Source of the DNA: an uncultured Candidatus Saccharibacteria bacterium
Lineage (GTDB): Bacteria > Patescibacteriota > WWE3 > UBA101185 > 2-01-FULL-41-18
Assembly (NCBI GenBank): GCA_964636285.1
Contig: CAZWQF010000003.1
Span: forward strand, 69,226 to 133,225
Direction: 5' to 3'
Length of the DNA: 64,000 nucleotides
The notes under the pieces are model-generated. The model worked only from the letters and a program-made list of their open reading frames with translations, did not search any database and was not told the DNA's origin. Within the stretch, counting starts at the first letter, position 1. Every line of letters starts with the position of its first letter. The position numbers and the translations under genes were made by a program. This document shows, one piece after another, positions 1 to 9,780 of the stretch.

Positions 1-39
1 ATCAGGGGAGCTCTCATCAGCTTAGCTGTTTGTACACCT

Positions 40-1869
40 ATGACAGAAAGAAAAGATATAAGGAACATTGCAATAATAGCTCACGTAGACCACGGCAAGA
101 CAACGCTCGTAGATGGTCTTTTAAAGCAAACAAACGTATTCAGAGATAACCAAGCAGAAATGAATCAGGAAGCCATTCTTGATAAAAATGAGCTTGAAAG
201 AGAAAGAGGAATTACAATTTTTGCAAAAAACGTAGCTGTTCACTACAAAGACATCAAAATTAACATTATTGACACACCCGGGCACGCAGACTTTGGAGGC
301 GAGGTTGAAAGAGTTTTGAACATGGCCGACGGTGCGCTTCTTATTGTAGACGCACAAGAAGGACCAATGGCACAAACAAACTTTGTTCTTAAAAAGGCGC
401 TTGAGCTTGATCTCAAAATGATTGTTGTAGTAAACAAGATTGATAAAAGAGACGCAAGACCAGAAGAAGTTTTAAAACTAACTGAGCATTTATTCCTTGA
501 AAGAGCAACAAAAGATGAGCACCTTCATTTCCCAATCGTTTATGCAATTGGAAGAGAAGGAAGAGCATTTAACACACTTGAGGACTGGAGAGAAAATAGG
601 TCCCAGAACCTTATTCCCTTACTAGATAAAATTATTGAATACATGCCAGGACCTAAAGTTGAAGAAGACAAACCATTTAGAATGCTTGTCACATCACTTG
701 ACTGGGATAATCATCTTGGGAAACACGCAATTGGAAAAATACTTTCTGGAAAAGTTTCTCAAGGAGACGAACTTAAGCTTTTCACAGAGCACTCAATAGA
801 AAATGTAAAAGCAGAAAAGATTTTGCTTTCAGATGGACTTGGAAAAATCGAAGCAAAAGAAGCTACAGCAGGGGACATAGTCACAATTGTTGGCGCAGGT
901 AACGCAAAAATAGGTGATACCTTAGCTGCCAAATCTGTCACAGAGCCAGAGAAAAGAATCACAATTTCTGAGCCTACACTTAAAGTGACTATGGGAGCAA
1001 ATACTTCGCCATTTAATGGGCAGGATGGAAAATACGCAACCTCAAGAGTTCTTGGCGAAAGACTTTTAAAAGAGATAGAAACAAATATTGGTCTTAAAGT
1101 GGAACAAAATCCAAACGGAAACAACTATTTTGTGGCAGGAAGAGGCGAGCTCCACCTTTCGGTTTTAATTGAAACACTCAGAAGAGAAGGTATTGAGGTT
1201 GAGGTTTCAAGACCAGAAGTTATTCTTAAAGAGGTAAACGGAAAGATGTGTGAGCCTATTGAAGAAGTTTTTATTGATATCAAAGAAGAATTTATTGGAA
1301 ATGTAACTTCCGAAATGGGAGCCAGAAAAGCAAAGCTCTCTGATATGGTAAACGATGGAAATGGAGAGGTTCACCTAACATACAAAATACCAACAAAGAA
1401 CTTACTTGGATTTAGAAGCCAGTTTTTAACTCTCACAAAGGGTACGGGTGTTGTTAACTCGGCATTTAGCGGTTACGAACAGAAAGAGGAGTTTGCTCCT
1501 AAACTTAGAAATGGTGTGCTTGTGGCATCAGATAGCGGAACTGCAACATTAAACGGCCTTCAAGTTGCACAGGGTAGGGGAGTGACATACGTTGACCCGG
1601 GCACAAAAGTATATGAAGGAATGGTTGTTGGATTAAATGCTAAAAACGAAGATATAGATATAAACGTGGCAAAAGAAAAAGTTTTGACTAACGTTAGAAG
1701 CGGAAACAGTGCATACGGAATTCAGCTAACCCCTTCAAAAATCATGAGCCTTGAAGAAAGCCTTACTTTTATTCAGGACGACGAGCTTCTTGAAGTTACA
1801 CCAAAATCTTTAAGAGTAAGAAAAAGAATCTTAAATAAAAACGAAAGATACAGATCCCACAAAAACTAA
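40..1869 (+). CDS. typA: Ribosome-associated translational GTPase TypA/BipA
   Basis: 609 aa ORF. N-terminus [16 protein letters not shown] (G1) and DTPGHADF (G3) are trGTPase motifs. The length and the C-terminal domain match BipA rather than EF-G or LepA. Confidence 0.88.
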   Translation: MTERKDIRNIAIIAHVDHGKTTLVDGLLKQTNVFRDNQAEMNQEAILDKNELERERGITIFAKNVAVHYKDIKINIIDTPGHADFGGEVERVLNMADGALLIVDAQEGPMAQTNFVLKKALELDLKMIVVVNKIDKRDARPEEVLKLTEHLFLERATKDEHLHFPIVYAIGREGRAFNTLEDWRENRSQNLIPLLDKIIEYMPGPKVEEDKPFRMLVTSLDWDNHLGKHAIGKILSGKVSQGDELKLFTEHSIENVKAEKILLSDGLGKIEAKEATAGDIVTIVGAGNAKIGDTLAAKSVTEPEKRITISEPTLKVTMGANTSPFNGQDGKYATSRVLGERLLKEIETNIGLKVEQNPNGNNYFVAGRGELHLSVLIETLRREGIEVEVSRPEVILKEVNGKMCEPIEEVFIDIKEEFIGNVTSEMGARKAKLSDMVNDGNGEVHLTYKIPTKNLLGFRSQFLTLTKGTGVVNSAFSGYEQKEEFAPKLRNGVLVASDSGTATLNGLQVAQGRGVTYVDPGTKVYEGMVVGLNAKNEDIDINVAKEKVLTNVRSGNSAYGIQLTPSKIMSLEESLTFIQDDELLEVTPKSLRVRKRILNKNERYRSHKN

Positions 1870-1890
1870 AAGGGCCGTGAAAGCTGAAAT

Positions 1891-2490
1891 TTATTGCTTT
1901 GCACGACCCCATCTCCTCTTTGGAGCTTTGTACAGTGATTTATTGCCTACTTTTGCTCTAACAGAAGCTAGAGAACTGCTCACTTTACGTTGCTTACGCT
2001 TCTTTGGCTTTGGCTCAAAGTCAATGTGCATAACCATCTCATGAATCCAGTTTTCACGAGCGGTTTTATCCGAACTCTCCCACATCACAAAGTAATAACC
2101 CCTTTTAACAACTTCGTAATGAGTGACAGAGTTGAGCCTTAGCCAATTCTCACTTGCAAGGTAAAGTGTAGAAATGCCTCCCAGCTTCTTTTTAAGCGAA
2201 TCCAAGGGAATGGATTCGTGGACTACAACCACGGCCAAATTTGACACTGTTTTATCTGCGCGATCAACCTGGCGCAAAAAAGCAATGTAATCCTGTGTAG
2301 CAGTCACACAGATTCCATAGTCCTGAAAGAGCTTCACAAGCCCCACAAGCATTTTTCTTACACGAGCATATATAAAGATATGGGATACATGCTGATCCGT
2401 TCGAGCGTGGTCAAGACCAAGAAAAGGCATTCGACCATTCCTTTCGCATTGAGTTGAGTTGTGAAAATGATGAAATGAAGAGTACCACAT
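1891..2490 (-). CDS. hypothetical protein with a very basic K/R-rich C-terminal tail
   Basis: 199 aa ORF fills the gap between typA and thrS. I recognise no family motif; function unknown. Confidence 0.35.
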   Translation of the reverse strand: MWYSSFHHFHNSTQCERNGRMPFLGLDHARTDQHVSHIFIYARVRKMLVGLVKLFQDYGICVTATQDYIAFLRQVDRADKTVSNLAVVVVHESIPLDSLKKKLGGISTLYLASENWLRLNSVTHYEVVKRGYYFVMWESSDKTARENWIHEMVMHIDFEPKPKKRKQRKVSSSLASVRAKVGNKSLYKAPKRRWGRAKQ

Positions 2491-2659
2491 TTTCTGTTGA
2501 CCTCAAATAAGCTTTGAACTAGAATGCCTTTAATGGACGGTCAAAAACCACATTTTCTTACAACTTCAAAAGCCACAACTACAACCCCTTAGGGGTTAAT
2601 TAGCTTGTATTTAAAACATAATAGTATTAATTTAAGGACAGTAAGATTTAAAGGAATTT

Positions 2660-4465
2660 ATGAAGAAAAAAGTAAATAAAGGGCTAAGTCACGAACAAAA
2701 ACACGATGACCTTTATAAAATGAGGCACTCGTGCGAGCACCTATTACATCAAGCAGTAGTAGATTTATTCCCAAAAGCAAAAAGAGCTATGGGGCCAGCA
2801 ACCGAGGACGGTTTTTACTGCGATTTTGATTTTGATGGGGATCTCTCAGAAAAAGACTTTGAAAAACTAGAAAATCGAATGAGAGAGCTAGCAAAGCTTA
2901 ACCTTCCTATCACCCGGAAAGAAGTTTCCCCAGAGGAAGCAAGAAAGCTATTTGAAGGCAACGAATACAAAAATGAGTGGATCGACCAAGCTGTAGAGAA
3001 GAAAGAAAAGATTACGGTTTACTGGACTGGAGAAGAAGGACAGAAAAATTCGGATGTGGATCTTTGCGCAGGTCCTCATGTTGAGTCAACAGGAGAAGTA
3101 GGACCTTTTAAACTTCTAAGCGTGGCTGGAGCCTATTGGCATGGCAATGAGAAAAACAAAATGCTTAAAAGAATTTACGGGACTGCATTTTTCACGCAAG
3201 AGGAGCTTGATTCGCATTTAAGTATGCTTGAGGAAGCTAAAAAAAGAGATCACAGAAAAATTGGTATTGATCTTGGGCTGTTTTCATTTGCTGATCCTGT
3301 AGGTCCTGGGCTTCCATTGTGGTCACCAAAGGGAGCAATAATTAGAGAAGAGCTTGAAAACTGGGCAAAAGAGACTGAAAGAAGGCTTGGTTACCAGAGA
3401 GTTGTGACGCCTCACATTGCAAAACACACTCTGTTTGAGATTTCGGGGCATCTGCCGTACTACAAAGATGACATGTACGCACCAATGGACATTGATGGAG
3501 AGGAGTACTACTTAAAAGCAATGAACTGTCCTCATCACCACATGATATACAAGTCAAAACCAAGATCGTACAGGGAACTCCCTATGAGGTACGCAGAATA
3601 TGGAACTGTATATAGAAATGAGCAGTCGGGGTCATTATTTGGCCTTATGAGAGTTAGAAGTATCTGCCAAAACGATGCCCACATCTACTGCACTCTAGAA
3701 CAAGCAGAAGAGGAGTTTCTGAACGTTCTTAAATTACATGAATTCTATTACGATAGGCTTGGGATCAAAAGAGAGGACTACTACATAAAACTTGCCCTTC
3801 CAGATGAATCAAAAAGGGATAAGTACCATGGCGATAGAGAAATGTGGGATACAGCCGAGAAAATTATGAGAACTGCAGTAGTTAAGTCCGGTATCAGATA
3901 CGAAGAAGACCCAGGAGGAGCAGCATTCTACGGACCAAAGATAGACCTTAATATTAGGTCGGTTACAGGTAGAGAGTTTGGAGCTTCTACAAACCAGCTA
4001 GATCTATATATGCCAACAAGATTTGACCTGAAATACACTGACAAAGACGGCTCCGAAAAACTTTGCGCTGTCATTCACAGGGCACCGCTTGGATCACATG
4101 AGAGATTTATAGGATTTTTGATCGAACATTTTGCGGGAGCTTTTCCGGTTTGGCTTTCGCCCGTACAAGTTTCTATTATCCCAATATCTGAGAGTCAGGT
4201 AGAGTTTGCCCACAAGCTCAAAGATAAGATGTTTGAGCAGGGTTTAAGAGTTGAGGTTGACGACAGAGATGAGAAAATGCAAGCTAAGATCAGGGATGCC
4301 CAGATAAATAAGGTTCCATACATGTTTATAGTAGGTAAAAGAGAAGTTGAAGCGAATTCAGTAAGTATTAGGGTCAGAGACGGTAGAGACCTTGGGGCAG
4401 TAAGCGTGGAAAATGCTATAAAAATGGTAGAGGATAAATATAGCTCAAGATGCCTTGATTTATAG
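2660..4465 (+). CDS. thrS: Threonyl-tRNA synthetase (short form, no N-terminal TGS domain)
   Basis: 601 aa. HxxxH editing-domain motif (HSCEHLLH) and a class II core (motif 2 region YRNEQSGSLFGLMRVR). The C-terminal anticodon-binding domain is followed by the infC-rpmI-rplT operon, as in many bacteria. Confidence 0.88.
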   Translation: MKKKVNKGLSHEQKHDDLYKMRHSCEHLLHQAVVDLFPKAKRAMGPATEDGFYCDFDFDGDLSEKDFEKLENRMRELAKLNLPITRKEVSPEEARKLFEGNEYKNEWIDQAVEKKEKITVYWTGEEGQKNSDVDLCAGPHVESTGEVGPFKLLSVAGAYWHGNEKNKMLKRIYGTAFFTQEELDSHLSMLEEAKKRDHRKIGIDLGLFSFADPVGPGLPLWSPKGAIIREELENWAKETERRLGYQRVVTPHIAKHTLFEISGHLPYYKDDMYAPMDIDGEEYYLKAMNCPHHHMIYKSKPRSYRELPMRYAEYGTVYRNEQSGSLFGLMRVRSICQNDAHIYCTLEQAEEEFLNVLKLHEFYYDRLGIKREDYYIKLALPDESKRDKYHGDREMWDTAEKIMRTAVVKSGIRYEEDPGGAAFYGPKIDLNIRSVTGREFGASTNQLDLYMPTRFDLKYTDKDGSEKLCAVIHRAPLGSHERFIGFLIEHFAGAFPVWLSPVQVSIIPISESQVEFAHKLKDKMFEQGLRVEVDDRDEKMQAKIRDAQINKVPYMFIVGKREVEANSVSIRVRDGRDLGAVSVENAIKMVEDKYSSRCLDL

Positions 4466-4502
4466 GGCTTTGTGTGATAACTTAGCAAGGTAAGTTTTAC
4501 TG

Positions 4503-5018
4503 ATGGCAGACGATAGAAGGTACAAAATCAACGAACGAATATTCTCACAGCAACTTAGAGTTATTAACTCCAAGGGTGAAAATATTGGAGTCATTACAAA
4601 GCTTGAGGCTTTGCAAATGGCAAGAGCAGAAAAGCTTGATTTGGTTGAGATTTCGCCTAAAGCTGTTCCTCCGGTAGCAAAGATTCTTGATTTCAAGAAA
4701 TTCTTGTACGAAGAGAGAAAAAAGAACTCGGCTGCTAAAGCTAAGTCAAAGCAAGTAGAACTTAAAGAATTTAAGTTTGGCCCTAACATTGGAGAAAACG
4801 ATCTTACTATCAGAATTGATAGAGCAAGACAGTTTTTAACGGATAGAGACAAAGTTAAGTTCACCGTCAACTTTAAAGGAAGGGAAGCGGCATACCCACA
4901 GCTTGGATGGGAAAAGATCAACAGAGTTGTTGAGGTTTTGTCAGATATTGCAAAACCTGAAGAACCTGCGAGAATGATTAACCCAAAGACAATAGTGGTC
5001 ATGCTAATGCCAAGATAA
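4503..5018 (+). CDS. infC: Translation initiation factor IF-3
   Basis: 171 aa. INERIFSQQLRVINSKGENIGV and KLDLVEISPKAVPPV match IF-3 N- and C-domains. Conserved thrS-infC-rpmI-rplT synteny. The true start may be a non-AUG codon upstream. Confidence 0.85.
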   Translation: MADDRRYKINERIFSQQLRVINSKGENIGVITKLEALQMARAEKLDLVEISPKAVPPVAKILDFKKFLYEERKKNSAAKAKSKQVELKEFKFGPNIGENDLTIRIDRARQFLTDRDKVKFTVNFKGREAAYPQLGWEKINRVVEVLSDIAKPEEPARMINPKTIVVMLMPR

Positions 5019-5020
5019 TT

Positions 5021-5218
5021 ATGGGAAAGCTTAAAACAAAGAAAACATTAGTAAAAAGAATTAAAATTACCGGAAGCGGTAAAATAATGAGGAAAAAAAT
5101 AAGCAGAGGCCATTTAAAAGTTAAATGGAGCTCAAGTTTGAGGCATAAAAAGGGTAGGTCTCAGGAAGTGTCAAGCACACACACTAAGTCGCTCAGAGCT
5201 ATGCTTCCAAAGAGTTAA
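5021..5218 (+). CDS. rpmI: 50S ribosomal protein L35
   Basis: 65 aa, MGKLKTKKTLVKRIKITGSGK is the L35 signature. Lies between infC and rplT. Confidence 0.85.
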   Translation: MGKLKTKKTLVKRIKITGSGKIMRKKISRGHLKVKWSSSLRHKKGRSQEVSSTHTKSLRAMLPKS

Positions 5219-5233
5219 ATTTAAAGGAAATTT

Positions 5234-5581
5234 ATGACAAGAGTCAAAGGTGGAGTAAGAACAAGAAGGAGACATAATAAAATTAAAGCCCTTGCTAAGG
5301 GATATAGAGGATCTAGAAATAGGCTTTACAAAAAGGCCGCGGATTCCGTACTTAAAGCAGGAGAATACGCATTCGCAGGAAGAAGACAAAGAAGAAGAGA
5401 TATTAAAACACTTTGGATTGTCAGAATTAATGCTGCACTTAAACCATTCGAGATAAGCTACAGCAGATTTATAAAAATGCTCAAGGATAGAAATATTGAA
5501 CTTGATAGAAAGATCCTTGCAGACATGGCAACAACAAACCCTGAGGCATTTAAGACCATAGTTGAGAAAGCCAGGGGCTAA
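5234..5581 (+). CDS. rplT: 50S ribosomal protein L20
   Basis: 115 aa, MTRVKGGVRTRRRHNKIKALAKGYRGSRNRLYKKA is the L20 signature. Confidence 0.9.
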   Translation: MTRVKGGVRTRRRHNKIKALAKGYRGSRNRLYKKAADSVLKAGEYAFAGRRQRRRDIKTLWIVRINAALKPFEISYSRFIKMLKDRNIELDRKILADMATTNPEAFKTIVEKARG

Positions 5582-5601
5582 GTTATTAGCTTGACTTAAC
5601 T

Positions 5602-5630
5602 AAACCCTGGCACACAGCCAGGGTTTTTTG
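5602..5630 (+). terminator. Rho-independent terminator after rplT
   Basis: aaaCCCTGGCacacaGCCAGGGtttttt: a 7-bp GC stem with a 5-nt loop, followed by a run of six T. Confidence 0.6.
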
Positions 5631-5654
5631 GTTTAATGGTAGTGTCAGGAATTT

Positions 5655-6659
5655 ATGGACCATATTTTAGATAACTTAAATATTGAGCTGCAGTCTGCAA
5701 ACGACCTCAAAAGTATAAACGAGGTCTATCTCAAATTCTTGGGAGGAAAGAACAGTGAAATCAGCAAACTAACCCAGCTAATCTCTACAGCCACAAAAGA
5801 AGAAAAAGGCGAACTTGGTAAAAAGTTCAACCAGGTTAAAGGTAAAGTTGAAGCCCTCATCGAAGACAAGAAAAGAGCTATTTTGGCTAGTTCAGACTCG
5901 GCGGGAGACTGGTTTGATGTGACGATGCCCGTCAAATTACCCCTTGTAGGCCGTTTAAGCCCCGATACTGAGGTTATTAGGCAAATGAATGAGTACTTTA
6001 TTAGAAATGGGTTTTCAATTGCTGAGGGGCCAGATATAGAGCTTGATCTTTTTAATTTTGAAAAAACAAATCTTCCAAAGGATCACCCAGCAAGGGACCT
6101 TCAGGACACAATCTATATTGAAGGGCCTGAAATTCTCTTAAGAACTCACACATCAAGCGTAGAAACTAGAATTCTTTCAGGTGCAGAGCCTCCATACAGA
6201 TTTGTAGTCCCAGGAGTTTCTTTTAGAAACGAAATAGTCAGCCCAAGTAACCATGCTGTATTTCAGCAGTACCAAGGTGTTGTGGTTGATAAGGGAATTA
6301 GTATGGCAAACCTTAAAGCAACGCTTGAAGGCTTTGCAAAACACCTTTATGGGGATGACATACAAACAAGATTTAGAACCAAATTCTATCCCGAAGTAGA
6401 GCCCGGAGCTGGCCTTGATATTCTATGTACATTTTGCCATGGTGAAGGTTGTAGAGTATGCAAAGAAAGAGGCTGGATTGAAATACTTGGAAGCGGAATG
6501 ATTCATAGAAATCTCCTAGAAAAATGCGGAATTGACTACAACGAATGGTCAGGATTTGCATTTGGCATGGGACTAAGCAGAATTATCATGACTAAAGCAG
6601 GTATTAATGATATTAGAGAACTCCACGGAGGAAAACTTGTGTATGAAGATTCCATATAA
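5655..6659 (+). CDS. pheS: Phenylalanyl-tRNA synthetase alpha subunit
   Basis: 334 aa. Class II motifs (FRNE..., GxGxGxxR-like GMGLSRI at the C-terminus), followed by pheT. Confidence 0.9.
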   Translation: MDHILDNLNIELQSANDLKSINEVYLKFLGGKNSEISKLTQLISTATKEEKGELGKKFNQVKGKVEALIEDKKRAILASSDSAGDWFDVTMPVKLPLVGRLSPDTEVIRQMNEYFIRNGFSIAEGPDIELDLFNFEKTNLPKDHPARDLQDTIYIEGPEILLRTHTSSVETRILSGAEPPYRFVVPGVSFRNEIVSPSNHAVFQQYQGVVVDKGISMANLKATLEGFAKHLYGDDIQTRFRTKFYPEVEPGAGLDILCTFCHGEGCRVCKERGWIEILGSGMIHRNLLEKCGIDYNEWSGFAFGMGLSRIIMTKAGINDIRELHGGKLVYEDSI

Positions 6660-8655
6660 CTGGCTTAAAGAATACTTAAAACCTGAAGCTCTAAATAATA
6701 TTACTGCAAAAGAAGTTGCAGGAAGACTAACTATGATAGGGCATGCCCTTGATAAACCGATTTTTGAACAGGGCGGTGACGTTGTTATGGATCTTGAAGA
6801 CAGGGGGAATAGAGCAGATGTTACAGGCATTCTTGGCATTGCAAGAGACTTGTCTGCGGTACTTGAAGCAGAATGCAAGGAACCTGAAGAAGGTGTTTTA
6901 CCATCAACAAACAACCAGTCGTTTCCAATTAAAATTAGCGTAGAGTCAAAAAGGGTAATTAGATGGAGAGCAGTAAGTTATAAAAATATAGTAATAGGCG
7001 AGTCCCCTGAGTGGATTAAAAACAGACTTCTATCCTTTGGAATCGAACCAAAAAATAATGTTGTGGACATAACAAATTTTGTGATGGTTGAGACTGGGAT
7101 GCCATCACATGCGTTTGATGCTGACAAGTTTGATGAGATTGTTTTAAGGCAAGCAAAAAAAGGCGAAACACTAAAAACTTTTGACGGAGGAATTCTTGAA
7201 TTTGATGAAAATGATTTACTTGCTGCAAGTTCAACAAAGCCATTAACTCTTACAACTGCGGTTGGAGGAGAAGAAAGTGGCATTTCTTATTCGACAAAAA
7301 ACATTCTTATAGAGGCGGGGCTTTATGATCAGCCTACAGCCAGAAGATCTGCATTAAGATTAAATGTAAGAAACGAGACATCCGGAAGGCTTGGAAAATA
7401 CTTACATCCAGAGCTTTGTGAGCTAGCGATTAAAAGAATTGTTTACTTAATGAAAGAACTACTAGACGCAGAGCCTGAAAATGTAAGCTTTGATTATTAC
7501 CCAGTTCCATACAAACCTGTAAGCGTTAAATTAACTCAAAAAAGGCTTGATATGTTTGCTGGAAGCCACGTCTCATTAAATGAAGCGGAAAAGATACTTG
7601 AAAGACTTGGATTTTTAATCGAAGGGAACATAGATGGAGAACTCACCGCGCAGGTTCCATATTTTAGAACTGATGTAACTATGGAAGATGACGTGATTGA
7701 GGAGGTTTTGAGGATTAGAGGGTATGACAAAATCCCTTCGAATATGATAAGTAACCCTGCTCCAAAAAAACTTATTTTCAACGAAATGGAGCTTGAGGAT
7801 ACTATCAAAGATCTTGCAACAAGACTTGGATTTGTTGAGGTAATTAGCCTTCAAATGGTTGACGTTGACGAAGCCAAAATTATTAAGGCCGTGGATGAAA
7901 ATGGATTTGTTGAGAATAAATTTGATGGAAAGAGGGAAGTGGTTAGGCTTGAGAATTCGTGGAATAAGGAGCTTAACATTTTAAGGACCTCAATTTTTGA
8001 ATCGATGTATGGCTATGTTGTTTCGTATAAAAAGCATCATGTTGAAAAAATTAAGCTAATAGAGACAGGGAAAGTGTATTTTAAAAATTCGGAGAAAACT
8101 GGGTTTGAAAAATACGAAGAAGTCAGAAGAGTGGGACTTTTAAGTAGCCTCTCATTTTTGGAACTTAAGGCAGAAGTGGAAAGATTATTACTAGAGCTTG
8201 GGGTGCCTGATATAAAAATGAAAAGAGGGAATTACTACTTGTTTAAGGGAGCTCTAAACGCTGAAGTTTATTCAGGGGGCGAGTTCATTGGCATAATCGG
8301 CGAAGTTAAAGAGAGTATTGTTAACGATTTAAAAATTGGGACTAGAGTGAGTTATTGCGAGCTAAGCACAAGCCTGCTCTCAAAACTAAGAGATCAAAAA
8401 TACCAGCCTAAGCCTAAGACGCAACTAGAAAATGCAATACTTGAAGATTTTACATTTGAGTGTGCAAAAGAAAGTTTTGTAGGCGAAGTCATAGAAAACA
8501 TATCCCAGAAAATGCCAAAAGGGGTTAGTGTTAAATTTAAAGATTTGTTTATTCCGGAGAACATGGGAGCGAATAAAAAACTTACTATAACGGTTAAAAC
8601 ACCCGACGAACATCTTAAAACTGTGAGAGATGTACTAAATAATTATAGGATGTGA
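6643..8655 (+). CDS. pheT: Phenylalanyl-tRNA synthetase beta subunit (short form lacking the internal tRNA-binding/EMAP domain)
   Basis: The ORF track gives 6607..8655. The conserved N-terminus MKIPYNWLKEYL begins at 6643, 17 nt inside the pheS 3' end. B3/B4 and B5 regions are present. The tRNA_bind domain between the N-terminal helix and the B3/B4 region appears absent. Confidence 0.82.
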   Translation: MKIPYNWLKEYLKPEALNNITAKEVAGRLTMIGHALDKPIFEQGGDVVMDLEDRGNRADVTGILGIARDLSAVLEAECKEPEEGVLPSTNNQSFPIKISVESKRVIRWRAVSYKNIVIGESPEWIKNRLLSFGIEPKNNVVDITNFVMVETGMPSHAFDADKFDEIVLRQAKKGETLKTFDGGILEFDENDLLAASSTKPLTLTTAVGGEESGISYSTKNILIEAGLYDQPTARRSALRLNVRNETSGRLGKYLHPELCELAIKRIVYLMKELLDAEPENVSFDYYPVPYKPVSVKLTQKRLDMFAGSHVSLNEAEKILERLGFLIEGNIDGELTAQVPYFRTDVTMEDDVIEEVLRIRGYDKIPSNMISNPAPKKLIFNEMELEDTIKDLATRLGFVEVISLQMVDVDEAKIIKAVDENGFVENKFDGKREVVRLENSWNKELNILRTSIFESMYGYVVSYKKHHVEKIKLIETGKVYFKNSEKTGFEKYEEVRRVGLLSSLSFLELKAEVERLLLELGVPDIKMKRGNYYLFKGALNAEVYSGGEFIGIIGEVKESIVNDLKIGTRVSYCELSTSLLSKLRDQKYQPKPKTQLENAILEDFTFECAKESFVGEVIENISQKMPKGVSVKFKDLFIPENMGANKKLTITVKTPDEHLKTVRDVLNNYRM

Positions 8656-9551
8656 TCAAATTGTCCTCAAAAAGAATTTCTGCTAGCATAAAGCAATCCA
8701 CAAAATCACAAAGGAAAGGTAGAAGAAAAAGCATGGCTACGACGACGGGCACAACTGGCGCAGTGACGCCTAAAAACCAGGTGTCCGGGCGTTTTGCCTG
8801 GGTACGCTGGATGGTAGGGAGCGTTGTTTGGGATGCGATTGCCAGTGTCATACTGACCTGGTTCCCTGCTGTAGGGCCAGTAGTTAAACTGCTGATTTAC
8901 ACCCCAACAGGAGCATCGTTTCTGTGGGCTGTAGAAAACGGGCTAGGCGTTGGAACTGCCTACATCTTGTTTGGACTGCTCGTGACAGTGGCTAACGGAA
9001 TTGCAGGAATTCTGTTTCTGGGCCAAATCCCGCAAAACCCACTTCTGGCGATTGCTGGATCAGTTCTTGGGATTCTTGCGATTCTGCTCAGCTCAAAGAT
9101 CAGAGCGAGTGAGGATTCCAAACCTAATGCAACAGCACTAGGGGTTGTAGGGCTAGCCGTGCTAGTCGCCTGGGCATCCATGAAAATGGTTGCTGATGGG
9201 AGTATTACAGGAGCCTTGTTTGCTGCGGTAGCCACAGGACTCTGGGATATTTCAGCCACACCTATCTCACAGTTCCTTGAATCTGTTTTTCAGGCAAAAA
9301 ACAGCAACGCTCGCAAGTTGGTAATTCGATTTGCTAGCTTCATTCCAACGAGCTTTATGTATGCGTTGGTACTGGAGCAGAGTAAGGGGCTACTAGACAC
9401 AGCGATCATGGTTGGGGTAACAAGTGCGGCGCTTGCGCCAATCATGGAAGCTTTGATCTACGGAGGCAGAAAGTCAAAGGACTACATCACGTTGCCTCTG
9501 GTTGTGATGCTTGGTGCTGGTGCAGTTTGGCTAATGAAAATGGCTTTCTAG
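8652..9551 (+). CDS. polytopic membrane protein, compositionally atypical (GC-rich)
   Basis: 299 aa with a basic N-terminal tail and at least six hydrophobic helices. About 50-53% GC with ctg/gcc/ggg-type codons, against about 38% GC and tta/gca/gga codons in its neighbours. An alternative start is MATTTG at 8733. Confidence 0.5.
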   Translation: MIKLSSKRISASIKQSTKSQRKGRRKSMATTTGTTGAVTPKNQVSGRFAWVRWMVGSVVWDAIASVILTWFPAVGPVVKLLIYTPTGASFLWAVENGLGVGTAYILFGLLVTVANGIAGILFLGQIPQNPLLAIAGSVLGILAILLSSKIRASEDSKPNATALGVVGLAVLVAWASMKMVADGSITGALFAAVATGLWDISATPISQFLESVFQAKNSNARKLVIRFASFIPTSFMYALVLEQSKGLLDTAIMVGVTSAALAPIMEALIYGGRKSKDYITLPLVVMLGAGAVWLMKMAF

Positions 9552-9780
9552 CCATTCTTGCTGCCGGCCAAGAAATGACCAGGACAGGAAAGGAATTGCA
9601 TAAACCCAGGCCGGGTTGTTGAAAAATAACCCGGTCTATGATTATAATATTTTACTATGAATCTTGGACCATACGCTGGTTATTTTTATTTTGCTGTTCT
9701 AGGACTAGTCTTTATTTTCTTACTGTTATATTTAACTGGAGTAATAAAACTTTTCTAAAAAGCAGTAATTTTTTGGAGAA

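Noticed and set aside
121-1124. Minus-strand ORFs (121-375, 243-437, 759-1124) inside typA. The same pattern occurs inside thrS, infC (4460-5002), pheS/pheT, the PBP gene (9926-10768 and 11125-12085 on the plus strand), recG, the giant adhesin genes, pilB, gyrA and others.
   Set aside because: These are shadow ORFs antisense to strongly supported conserved genes. They are low-complexity, lack an RBS and show no family signal.
9657-9758. 33-aa hydrophobic micro-ORF (MNLGPYAGYFYFAVLGLVFIFLLLYLTGVIKLF) in the pheT-side/PBP convergent spacer. A similar 38-aa ORF lies at 13399-13515 (MSRILKTLRKKKHIWTIITVVASLALVLSSIAPALLTR).
   Set aside because: Neither has a recognisable SD. AT-rich spacers readily give Phe/Leu/Ile-rich ORFs by chance. 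Neither can be supported without conservation or expression data.
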